The notes below the pieces were generated by a model. That model had not been told where the DNA came from and searched no databases. It was given only the letters and a program-made list of their open reading frames with translations. From Candidatus Binatia bacterium (lineage in GTDB: Bacteria; Desulfobacterota; Binatia; UTPRO1), in NCBI GenBank assembly GCA_036496285.1, contig DASXLI010000018.1, positions 650 through 64,649 of the forward strand: a DNA stretch of 64,000 nucleotides. The letters run 5' to 3'. Of this stretch, positions 19,388-29,210 are shown in pieces. Position numbers and translations under genes: made by a program. How positions within the stretch are numbered: the first letter of the stretch is position 1; each line of letters opens with the position of its first letter.

Positions 19388-20968
19388 ATGGCGAAGATCA
19401 CCGTCGACGGGACGGTCCTCGAGGTGCCGGACGGCAGCATGCTGCTGCCGGCGCTGCTCGACCACGGCTGCCAGGTTCCGCACTACTGCTACCACCCGAA
19501 GCTCACGATCGACGGCAGCTGCCGCATGTGCCTCGTGAAGGTCGAGGGCATGCCGAAGCTCACCATCTCGTGCAACACGCCGGTGCGCGACGGGATGGTG
19601 GTCGACACGCGCGGCCCGGAGGTCGCGAAGGCGCGCCAGGGCGTGCTCGAGCTGCTGCTGCTGAACCACCCGCTCGACTGCCCGATCTGCGACCAGGCCG
19701 GCGAGTGCTACCTGCAGGACTACGCCTTCGAGTACGGCACCCGCGAGGCGCGAACCCAGGAGCCGCGGCGCAAGGCGCTGAAGCGCGTCGACATCGGCCC
19801 GCGCGTCGTGCTCGACCAGGAGCGCTGCATCCTGTGCCGGCGTTGCGTCCGCTTCTGCCGCGAGATCAGCGAGACGGGCGAGCTCGCGGTGTTCAACATG
19901 GGGGACCGCTCCGTCATCGACACGTTCCCGGACGAGCCGCTCACCAACGACTACTCGATCTGTACCGCCGACATCTGTCCGGTGGGGGCGCTCCTCAGCA
20001 AGGACTTCCACCACAAGATGCGGGTGTGGTTCCTCGATGAGACCGAGAGCGTGTGTCCGAACTGCTCGAACGGCTGCAACATCAAGGTCGGCACCGCGCG
20101 CCGCGAGATCTACCGTTTCCTGCCGCGCCGCAACGACGCGGTGAACGAGACCTGGATGTGCGACGCCGGCCGTCTCGGCTACCGCTACGTCAACGAGGAC
20201 CGCCTGCGTGTGCCGACCGTCGGCCGCGGCGCGGCCGCCGCCGCGCGCTCCTTCGACCAGGCGATCGACGAGGCGGCGCGCCGGCTCGGCTCCGCGGCGC
20301 GCGCGGGCGCGGCTCAGGTCGCTGCGATCGTCTCGGCGCACCTCACTAACGAGGAGCTCTTCGTCCTCGGCCGGGTCGTCACGGGCGGGCTCCGCACCGC
20401 ACAGCACGACGTCGTCGTGCGGCTGGGCGACGCCGACGATTTCCTCATCAAGGCCGAGAAGGCCGCGAACGCACGCGGCGCGCGCGACCTCGGCCTCGCC
20501 GCCGCGGGCAGGGCAGGCGCCCTCGATCTCGCCGGCATCCGGGCCGCGATCGAGGCGGGCACGATCCGCGCGCTGCTCGTCACCGGCACCGACGTCTGGG
20601 ACGCCTGGGGCGCCGCGCCGGAGATCTTCGAGCGCCTCGAGAGCCTCGTCGTAGTCACGCCGAACGCGCACCCGCTCATGGCGCTCGCCGACGTCGTGAT
20701 TCCCGGCCTCACGTTCGCCGAGAAGCTGGGCACCTTCACCAACCACGCGGGGCGCGTGCAGCGCGTCCATCGCGCGCTCGATCCGGGCGAGCAGCAGAGC
20801 GAGGGCGAGGTCTTCCTCGCGCTCGGCCGCCACCTCGGCATGGAGATCCCGCCCGGTTCTTTCGACCCGGCGGCGGTGTTCGGCGAGATCACCCGCGCCG
20901 TGCCGCGCTACGCCGGGCTCGCCTGGAGCACGATCGGCGCGCTCGGCGCCGTGACCACGGAGGCATAG
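19388..20968 (+). CDS. nuoG: NADH-quinone oxidoreductase subunit G (75 kDa), short form of 526 aa.
   Basis: An N-terminal 2Fe-2S domain (CYHPKLTIDGSCRMC), then 4Fe-4S motifs (CPICDQAGEC and CILCRRCVRFC). Confidence 0.85.
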   Translation: MAKITVDGTVLEVPDGSMLLPALLDHGCQVPHYCYHPKLTIDGSCRMCLVKVEGMPKLTISCNTPVRDGMVVDTRGPEVAKARQGVLELLLLNHPLDCPICDQAGECYLQDYAFEYGTREARTQEPRRKALKRVDIGPRVVLDQERCILCRRCVRFCREISETGELAVFNMGDRSVIDTFPDEPLTNDYSICTADICPVGALLSKDFHHKMRVWFLDETESVCPNCSNGCNIKVGTARREIYRFLPRRNDAVNETWMCDAGRLGYRYVNEDRLRVPTVGRGAAAAARSFDQAIDEAARRLGSAARAGAAQVAAIVSAHLTNEELFVLGRVVTGGLRTAQHDVVVRLGDADDFLIKAEKAANARGARDLGLAAAGRAGALDLAGIRAAIEAGTIRALLVTGTDVWDAWGAAPEIFERLESLVVVTPNAHPLMALADVVIPGLTFAEKLGTFTNHAGRVQRVHRALDPGEQQSEGEVFLALGRHLGMEIPPGSFDPAAVFGEITRAVPRYAGLAWSTIGALGAVTTEA

Positions 20969-21555
20969 TGGCGGGGCGGGTGGTCACGGTGGACCGGCGG
21001 CCGCGCGCGCGCGCCATGGACACGATGGGCCCCACGCTCATCCTCCGCGGCCTCCTCATCACCGGGCGCCATTTCTTCCGCAACCTGATGGGCTTCCTCC
21101 GTGGCAAGCCGACGATCGCGACGATCCAGTTCCCTGAGGAGAAGCAGCCCTGGTCGCCGGCGATGCGCGGCATGCCCGTCCTCGTGCAGATGGACAACGG
21201 CAAGGAACGCTGCGTCGCGTGCGGCCTCTGCGAGTGGGCGTGTCCGGTCGATTGCATCACCATCTACCCCGCGGAGACGGCCGACGAGGTCGAGCGCTAT
21301 CCCGAGGTCTTCAACATCGACATGTCGCGCTGCATGTTCTGCGGGTTCTGCGAGGAGGCCTGCCCGGAGGAGGCGATCGTCATGAGCGAGCGGGTGACGA
21401 TCGCGACCACCGAGTGGCGCGGCAGCCTCTGGCGGAAGCAGGACCTCCTGATGCCGGCAAGCCAGCTCGGCACGCGCCTCGGACACATCCGGCGCGCCTA
21501 CGAGCGCGCCGGAGCGCCGCGCACGACGGGCGCGGACACGGCGGAACACAAATGA
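20968..21555 (+). CDS. nuoI: NADH-quinone oxidoreductase subunit I (2x[4Fe-4S]).
   Basis: Motifs CVACGLCEWACP and CMFCGFCEEACP. The start may be the internal M at about 21016. Confidence 0.85.
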   Translation: MAGRVVTVDRRPRARAMDTMGPTLILRGLLITGRHFFRNLMGFLRGKPTIATIQFPEEKQPWSPAMRGMPVLVQMDNGKERCVACGLCEWACPVDCITIYPAETADEVERYPEVFNIDMSRCMFCGFCEEACPEEAIVMSERVTIATTEWRGSLWRKQDLLMPASQLGTRLGHIRRAYERAGAPRTTGADTAEHK

Positions 21556-22124
21556 GCGAAGCGGCTCCTCCCGAGGTCGTGCCGGAGCATCCGCTGCTGC
21601 GGGCGCTGCGCGAGCGCTTCCCCGACGCCGTCATCGCGACCCACGCGTATCGCGGCGACCTCACCGCGCAGATCGCGCCGGCGTCGCTCATCGAGGTGTG
21701 CACCTTCCTGCGCGATGATCCGGCGTGCGCGTTCGACTTCCTCGCCGACGTGACCGCGGTCGACTACATCGGCGCCGCACCGCGCTTCGAGCTCGTGTAT
21801 CACCTGTGCTCGCTCAGCAAGCATCACCGGCTGCGTTTGAAGGCGCGCGTACCGGAGGAGCAGCCGCGCATCGCGTCGATCGTCTCGGTGTGGCGGGGCG
21901 CCGACTGGCTCGAGCGCGAGACCTTCGACATGTACGGCATCCAGTTCGAGGGGCATCCCGACCTGCGCCGCATCTATCTCTACGCCGAGTTCCAGGGCCA
22001 TCCGCTGCGCAAGGACTATCCGAAGGAGAAGCGGCAGCCGCTGGTCACCGTGCGCGACGTGTCCGCGGAGCAGGCCGAGCGCACCGAGGCCCGGCTGCGT
22101 GATCGCTATGGACGCTGGACCTAA
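21552..22124 (+). CDS. nuoC: NADH-quinone oxidoreductase subunit C (30 kDa).
   Basis: The WLERETFDMYGIQFEGHPDLRRI signature. Confidence 0.85.
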   Translation: MSEAAPPEVVPEHPLLRALRERFPDAVIATHAYRGDLTAQIAPASLIEVCTFLRDDPACAFDFLADVTAVDYIGAAPRFELVYHLCSLSKHHRLRLKARVPEEQPRIASIVSVWRGADWLERETFDMYGIQFEGHPDLRRIYLYAEFQGHPLRKDYPKEKRQPLVTVRDVSAEQAERTEARLRDRYGRWT

Positions 22125-23322
22125 GCCGCCGCTCACCGACGATCTCGACGATCTCCATGCGCAGCCGATGGAGATCCAGATGGGGCCGTCGCATCCGTCG
22201 ACGCACGGCACCGTCAAGATCAACCTGAAGCTCGACGGCGAGCGCATCGTCGACTCGCAGGTCGAGGTCGGCTACCTGCACCGCGGCTTCGAGAAGGAGT
22301 GCGAGAGCGGCGAGTGGTACCAGGCAATCCCGTACACCGACCGGCTGAACTACGCGAGCCCGCTCATCAACAACGTCGGCTACTGCCTCGCCGCGGAGAA
22401 GCTCTTCGGCGTCACCGCCCCGATCCGCGCGCAGTACCTGCGCACGATCGCCTGCGAGCTTTCCCGCATGAGCGATCACTTCACCTGTATCGGGGCGAGT
22501 GCACTCGAGCTCGCCGCGCTCACGCCGTTTCTCTACTGCGTGCAGGCGCGCGAGCAGATCTGGGATCTGCACGAGTCCCTGTGCGGTGCGCGGGTCACGA
22601 CCAACTACGTCCGCATCGGTGGCCTGCAGAGCGACCTCCAGCCGGGCTTCGCCGAGCTCTGCCGCGCCAAGGTCGCACACGCGCTCGAGCTCTTCGTCGA
22701 CGTCGACAACCTGCTCACCGAGAACCCGATCTTCCGCAAGCGCATGGAGGGCACCGGTGCGCTGCCGGCGGCGACCCTCATCGCCTACGGGGTGAGCGGC
22801 CCGCTCCTGCGCGCCGCCGGGGTCGCGCAGGACCTGCGTCGGACCGAGCCGTATCTCGTCTACGACCGCCTCGACTTCGACGTGCCCGTCGGCACCGCCG
22901 GTGACAACTACGATCGCTATCTCGTGCGGGTCGAGGAGCTGCGGCAGAGCGCGCGCATCATCGAGCAGGCGCTGCGCGATCTACCGGACGGCCCGGTGGA
23001 CATCGACGATCCGCGCTTCCGCTGGCCGGCGAAGGGCAAGGTCTTCAACCGGATGGAGGAGCTGATCGACCAGTTCAAACTCGTCACCGAGGGCATGCGC
23101 CCGCCGGCCGGCGAGGTGTACCAGGCGGTCGAGGGCGCGAACGGCGAGCTCGGCTTCTATCTGGTCAGCAATGGCACCGGAAAGCCGTGGAAGTGCCGCT
23201 GCCGGGCGCCGAGCTTCAGCAACACACAGGCGCTGCGCGACATGATCCAGGGCGCGCTGCTGGCTGACGTGGTTCCCACCTTCGACATGGTGAACATGAT
23301 CGGCGGGGAGTGCGACCGATGA
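22099..23322 (+). CDS. nuoD: NADH-quinone oxidoreductase subunit D (49 kDa).
   Basis: MEIQMGPSHPSTHGTVKINL...YLHRGFEK; NuoD/NiFe-hydrogenase large-subunit family. Confidence 0.9.
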   Translation: MIAMDAGPKPPLTDDLDDLHAQPMEIQMGPSHPSTHGTVKINLKLDGERIVDSQVEVGYLHRGFEKECESGEWYQAIPYTDRLNYASPLINNVGYCLAAEKLFGVTAPIRAQYLRTIACELSRMSDHFTCIGASALELAALTPFLYCVQAREQIWDLHESLCGARVTTNYVRIGGLQSDLQPGFAELCRAKVAHALELFVDVDNLLTENPIFRKRMEGTGALPAATLIAYGVSGPLLRAAGVAQDLRRTEPYLVYDRLDFDVPVGTAGDNYDRYLVRVEELRQSARIIEQALRDLPDGPVDIDDPRFRWPAKGKVFNRMEELIDQFKLVTEGMRPPAGEVYQAVEGANGELGFYLVSNGTGKPWKCRCRAPSFSNTQALRDMIQGALLADVVPTFDMVNMIGGECDR

Positions 23323-23831
23323 GCGCGGTCGCTACCGGGGCGCCGCTCCTCTCGGCCGCGGTGCGCGAGGCGATCGCCGCCGAGGTCACCAAGTACCCGC
23401 AGCCACGCTCGGCGCTGCTGATCGCCCTGCACCTGATCCAGGGCGAGCTCGGCTACGTGCCGCTGCAGGCCCAGCGGGAGGTCGCCGAGCTGCTCGGCAT
23501 CAAGCCGATCGAGGTGCGCGAGGTCGTCACCTTCTACCCGATGTACCATGAGCATTCCGTCGGCAAGCGCAACATCCAGGTGTGCGTCAACATCGCCTGC
23601 GCTCTCGGCGGCGCACGCCACGTGGTGCGCGGCCTCGAGGATCGCCTCGGCATCGCGCCGGGCGGCCGCACCCCGGACGGGCGGTACTCGCTGGAAGAGG
23701 TGCAGTGCCTCGGCTCGTGCGGCACCGCGGTGTGCGTGCAGGTCAACAACGAGCCCTACATCGAGAACGTGAAGGCCGACGGCCCCGATGCCGCCAACGC
23801 AATTGACGAGCTGCTGAAGAGGATCGGCTAG
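23310..23831 (+). CDS. nuoE: NADH-quinone oxidoreductase subunit E (24 kDa, 2Fe-2S).
   Basis: Thioredoxin-like 2Fe-2S motifs: CVNIAC...CLGSCGTAVC. The alternative ATG at 23319 overlaps the nuoD stop. Confidence 0.85.
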   Translation: MRPMSAVATGAPLLSAAVREAIAAEVTKYPQPRSALLIALHLIQGELGYVPLQAQREVAELLGIKPIEVREVVTFYPMYHEHSVGKRNIQVCVNIACALGGARHVVRGLEDRLGIAPGGRTPDGRYSLEEVQCLGSCGTAVCVQVNNEPYIENVKADGPDAANAIDELLKRIG

Positions 23832-25111
23832 TGCCCGAGCGCTATCTGCTGCCGCCCGACGGCACCGACCTCCGGTCGATCGACGCCTATCGCAAGCAAG
23901 GCGGGTACGCCGCCGCGACGCGGGCGTTGCGCGAGATGACGCCCGAGGCGGTCGTCGAGGTGGTGAGGGAATCGGGCCTCCGCGGCCGCGGCGGCGCCGG
24001 ATTCACCACCGGCCAGAAGTGGAGCTTCATGCCGAAGCCCGGCGGCCCGAAGCCGAGCTACCTCGCGTGCAACGCCGACGAGAGCGAGCCGGGCACGTTC
24101 AAGGACCGGCAGATCATGGAGCGCAACCCGCACCTCTTCCTCGAGGGGCTCGTCATCGGCGGGTACGCGATCCACGCGCGTGCGGCATATGTGTACATCC
24201 GCGGCGAGTACATCACCGCGTTCCGCGTCCTCTCCGATGCCATTCGCGAGGCGCGCGCCGCGGGCCTCCTCGGCAAGGGGCTCTTCGGCAGCGACCGCGA
24301 GTTCGACATCCACCTGATGCGCGGCGCCGGCGCCTACATCTGCGGCGAGGAGACCGGGATGATCGAGTCGGCGGAGGGCCGCAAGGGCCAGCCGCGGAAG
24401 CGCCCGCCGTTTCCCGCGGTCTCCGGCCTGTGGAGCTGCCCGACGACCGTCAACAACGTCGAGACGGTGTCGCACGTGCCCGCGATCATCATGCGCGGGG
24501 CGGCATGGTTCAAGACGATCGGCACGCCGGCGAGCACCGGCAACACGCTCTTCGGCATCAGCGGCCACGTCAATCGCCCTGGCGTCTATGAGCTGCCGCT
24601 CGGGACGCCGCTGCGCGAGATCATCGAGGTGCATGCCGGCGGCGTGCGCGGCGGGCGGGCCCTGAAGGCGATCATCCCGGGCGGCGTCTCGATGCCGGTC
24701 CTGTCGGCGGCGCAGGCCGACGTCGCCATGGACCACGACTCCCTGAAGCAGGTCGGCTCGCTCCTCGGTACCGGCGGCATCGTCGTGATGGACGACACCG
24801 CGTGCATGGTGCGGGCGGCGGTCGTGATCGCGCGCTTCTTCCGCCACGAGACGTGCGGGCAGTGCACGCAGTGCCGCGAGGGCACCTCGTGGCTCTACAA
24901 GCTGCTGCGCCGCATCGAGGCGGGCGAGGGCACCCTGGAAGATCTGAGGACGATCGACTCGGTCGGCGGCTACATGGAGGGGCAGACGATCTGTGCGCTC
25001 TCCGACGCCGCCGCCTGGGCGGCGACCGGGTTTCTGCGCCGCTTCCGCGCCGAGTTCGAGGCGCACGTGCACGAGCGCCGCTGCCCGCTGCCGGAGAGCT
25101 TCGAGCCGTGA
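23831..25111 (+). CDS. nuoF: NADH-quinone oxidoreductase subunit F (51 kDa; FMN, NADH, N3 cluster).
   Basis: GRGGAGFTTGQKW (FMN site) and CGQCTQCREG (N3 cluster). GTG start abuts the nuoE stop. Confidence 0.9.
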   Translation: MPERYLLPPDGTDLRSIDAYRKQGGYAAATRALREMTPEAVVEVVRESGLRGRGGAGFTTGQKWSFMPKPGGPKPSYLACNADESEPGTFKDRQIMERNPHLFLEGLVIGGYAIHARAAYVYIRGEYITAFRVLSDAIREARAAGLLGKGLFGSDREFDIHLMRGAGAYICGEETGMIESAEGRKGQPRKRPPFPAVSGLWSCPTTVNNVETVSHVPAIIMRGAAWFKTIGTPASTGNTLFGISGHVNRPGVYELPLGTPLREIIEVHAGGVRGGRALKAIIPGGVSMPVLSAAQADVAMDHDSLKQVGSLLGTGGIVVMDDTACMVRAAVVIARFFRHETCGQCTQCREGTSWLYKLLRRIEAGEGTLEDLRTIDSVGGYMEGQTICALSDAAAWAATGFLRRFRAEFEAHVHERRCPLPESFEP

Positions 25112-25431
25112 GCGTCGAGCCCATCCGCCGGAACCTCGTCGTGCAGCGTTGGGGAACGCCGCAGACCACGAGCGGCAGCCTGAACGAGCCGCGCGAGCGC
25201 GAGGAGCACGGCGTCGAGTTCAACGAGAAGTGGGTGTATCGCCTGCCGCGCGTCGAGCCGGACGATCCACGTGAGCGGATCGTCTACTGGCGGCGCTACG
25301 ATTTCGTCGCGTCGTTCGTCGTCGGCGCCGACGGCCGCGTCACGCGCGAGGATCCGGCCGTGCTGCTCGCCGGCCTGCGTTCGCGCGGCTATCTGCCGAG
25401 CGGCGTCGGCGCGGTGCGCACGACCGATTGA
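25108..25431 (+). CDS. Small hypothetical protein translationally coupled to nuoF.
   Basis: GTG start overlaps the nuoF stop (GTGA); 107 aa with mixed composition. Confidence 0.4.
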   Translation: MSVEPIRRNLVVQRWGTPQTTSGSLNEPREREEHGVEFNEKWVYRLPRVEPDDPRERIVYWRRYDFVASFVVGADGRVTREDPAVLLAGLRSRGYLPSGVGAVRTTD

Positions 25432-25587
25432 GCAGCGCGTCGTGATCCATGCGCTGCGATCTGGCGCACGAAATCGCTCGGGGGAACGAAAAAAGGGGCC
25501 AATCACCATTAGTTGTGATTGACCCTCCCGCGATCCGGGCCGTACATTCGCCCGGTCCGGTACTTCCCCTGGTCCGTGAGGTTTCCC

Positions 25588-25878
25588 ATGTTGCAAGCGC
25601 GGATCGTCTCGGCGCGCGGGACGATGTACTTCGCCTCCGAAGTGACGCCGTATGATCTCGAGAATCTCCGCACGCACGTCCGCGACTTCCAGTCGACGAT
25701 GTCGAACGACGTGCGGCTGGAGCTGAGCCTCGACGGTCGTGGATCGAGCCGCGCCACGCACCTCCAGGTGTCCGCCTGGCTGCGTCGTCTGGCCGCCGAC
25801 GGCGTCACGGTGAATCTCTGCTCCGCCTCGATGCTCGAGCGTTCGAGGTCCGGGGCGGCCACGCGCCAGCAGCGCTGA
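25588..25878 (+). CDS. Small hypothetical protein; copy 2 of the paralog pair with 7937..8218.
   Basis: Shares TPYDLENL, VRLELSL and RRLAADGVTVNL with the first copy. The ATG at 25588 lies inside track ORF 25519..25878. Confidence 0.5.
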   Translation: MLQARIVSARGTMYFASEVTPYDLENLRTHVRDFQSTMSNDVRLELSLDGRGSSRATHLQVSAWLRRLAADGVTVNLCSASMLERSRSGAATRQQR

Positions 25879-25914
25879 GCGCGCGCTTCCTGCTCTGGTC
25901 CCGCGCTCGTTCCG

Positions 25915-26130
25915 CTACTTCCTGGTGCGGCGGCGTCCGCGCGAGCGATGGTAGCGGTCGAGCCCCTCGTTCAGGAGGGCGAGGATCACCTCGCGCTTCT
26001 TCGCCTTGAGGTCCTTCGCGAGCCGGTCGATGCGGGTCGTCAGATCCTTCGGGACGTACAGGGCAAGCAGCTTGGTTTCGCTTTCCTTCTCGCGGCCGTA
26101 CAGATCCTGGAGCCGTAGGTTGGCATTCAT
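25915..26130 (-). CDS. Ribbon-helix-helix (CopG/Arc-like) DNA-binding protein.
   Basis: MNANLRLQDLYGREKESETKLLALYVPKDLTTRIDRLAKDLKAKKREVILALLNEGLD. GGAGG Shine-Dalgarno upstream. Confidence 0.55.
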   Translation of the reverse strand: MNANLRLQDLYGREKESETKLLALYVPKDLTTRIDRLAKDLKAKKREVILALLNEGLDRYHRSRGRRRTRK

Positions 26131-26327
26131 ACGAACCTCCTCAGTCGTGCCGCGGTAGGAGAAACGACGACACGCAGGCGATACGGAGAAATGTAGCGCC
26201 CGCGTTATAAGTAGACAAGCGCGACCATACACGGGCGCGTCCTGCCGGGGGGATAGGCAAGTCGCCCTCAGTCGGCGCATGGCCCGGCGTCGAACGAAAA
26301 CGCAACGGCGCCGATGCGCGCGGCGAT

Positions 26328-26825
26328 TCAGCGTTCCAGTTGGATGGTGCCGCGGCCCTGATCGACCGAGTAGCGGCGGAACTGATTGAGGAAGCTGAGC
26401 CCGATGATGCCGACCAGCGGGGGCTCGACCGCGTCCATCACGACGGCGTCGACGCCGAAGAGCCGGGCGTCCTCGATTTGGATGGAGTCCAGGCGAACGA
26501 GATCGGCCTCGACCTCGCCGTTGGCGGTGGCGACCGGAACCGAGGCGCCGGTACGGGTGCGGACGCCGAGCCGGGCCGCCGTCGCGCGCGTCAGCACGCA
26601 GTAGGAGGCGCCGGTGTCGATCAGCAGGGGACCGCTCAGGGTGTCGTTGAGCGTGCCCCGGACGATCAAGTGCTTGCTCCCACCCGAGAGCGGGATGTGA
26701 TGACGCGCGGGCGGTGCCACCCGCGCGAGGTCGGCGGTGGCGGGGCTCTCGCGTCGTTGCGCGCTCGCTGAGGTGCCCAGGGCCACGAGGAACGCCACCC
26801 CGGCGAGCACGGCGAGGCGCGGCAT
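26328..26825 (-). CDS. Secreted retropepsin-like (clan AA) aspartic protease.
   Basis: Signal peptide followed by the catalytic motif LIDTGAS; about 165 aa. Confidence 0.6.
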   Translation of the reverse strand: MPRLAVLAGVAFLVALGTSASAQRRESPATADLARVAPPARHHIPLSGGSKHLIVRGTLNDTLSGPLLIDTGASYCVLTRATAARLGVRTRTGASVPVATANGEVEADLVRLDSIQIEDARLFGVDAVVMDAVEPPLVGIIGLSFLNQFRRYSVDQGRGTIQLER

Positions 26826-26832
26826 GGCGCGC

Positions 26833-27249
26833 TCAGGCACCGGCGGCTGCGCTCAGTCGGTGCTGCTCGAGGAGGATCTTCACCTTGCGCACGAGGTCGG
26901 CTCCACTGAAGGGCTTGGTGATGTAGTACTCGGCGCCCATCGCGAGGCCCTTCTCGACGTCGTCCTGAGTCGACTTGGCGGTGAGGAAGATGACGGGGGT
27001 GTGCTGCGTGCGCTCCTGGCTCTTCATGAACTTGAAGACCTCGAAGCCGTCCACCTCGGGCATCATGATGTCGAGGATCACGAGGTCCACGTCGGAGTGA
27101 CCGAGAAACTGGATCGCCTCGCGGCCGCCGAGGCACTTGGTCGGACGCATCCCTTCGAGACGGAGCCGCGTCTCCACCAGCTCCGCGATCATCGGATGGT
27201 CCTCCACGATGAGGACGCGCGTGCCTTCTCCTGCGTTCTTCTGGTCCAT
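26833..27249 (-). CDS. Single-domain response regulator (CheY-like receiver).
   Basis: VLIVEDHPMIAELV...LVILDIMMPEVDG...TAKS....KG. Confidence 0.8.
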   Translation of the reverse strand: MDQKNAGEGTRVLIVEDHPMIAELVETRLRLEGMRPTKCLGGREAIQFLGHSDVDLVILDIMMPEVDGFEVFKFMKSQERTQHTPVIFLTAKSTQDDVEKGLAMGAEYYITKPFSGADLVRKVKILLEQHRLSAAAGA

Positions 27250-27430
27250 GGTTCGCCTCGTGTCGTTTCGACTTGAGTCCTACGTTGCCGTGCTCAAGGT
27301 GCCGATCGGCCGAAGAGTCGTGTCAGGTCTGCTGCTCCGCTCGCGTCGCGCATCAGGACGAGCGCTGCCGCCACGCCGAGCGCCAGAACGACGAGCAGTA
27401 CGAGCGATGGGTGATGCGAGCGCCATGACG

Positions 27431-28849
<1,419 letters not shown>

Positions 28850-29210
28850 CCCGCGTGTCAGGTGGCACGCGCGATTCCGGCCGACCGCGCAATGCGGTGG
28901 CATCCCGCGCTTGCGGTAGGGACCGGGGTCGCAAGACGCATGCCAGGCGGTGAGCAAAGCTGGCACACGAGGCCGATCGCCGAGCGGCGCGGAAGGAGAG
29001 GGTTTTTCGACGATCTCGCGACGGCGAGGGCGTGGCGCCGATGGCCCGATCTCGTCATCGGCGTCAAAGCGGTGACGGGCTCACGAGATATCGACGCGCC
29101 CCGCCTCACATTCTCGGAGATGGCCGGGGCACGCTCCTTGCTCCTTCGCATCGCGCCCGGACCGCGATGGATCCCCTTTCCGCGATGCCCATTCCCCAGC
29201 AGGACGCCCC

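Noticed and set aside
18794-20833. Minus-strand ORF of 679 aa antisense to nuoB and nuoG.
   Set aside because: Antisense to clearly conserved nuo genes; composition is Arg/Ala/Asp-rich.
28850-29210. TGGCATCCCGCGCTTGCG in the kinase/activator divergent region as a sigma54 promoter.
   Set aside because: GG-to-GC spacing is 13 nt rather than 11, so it does not fit the consensus. Left as unassigned.
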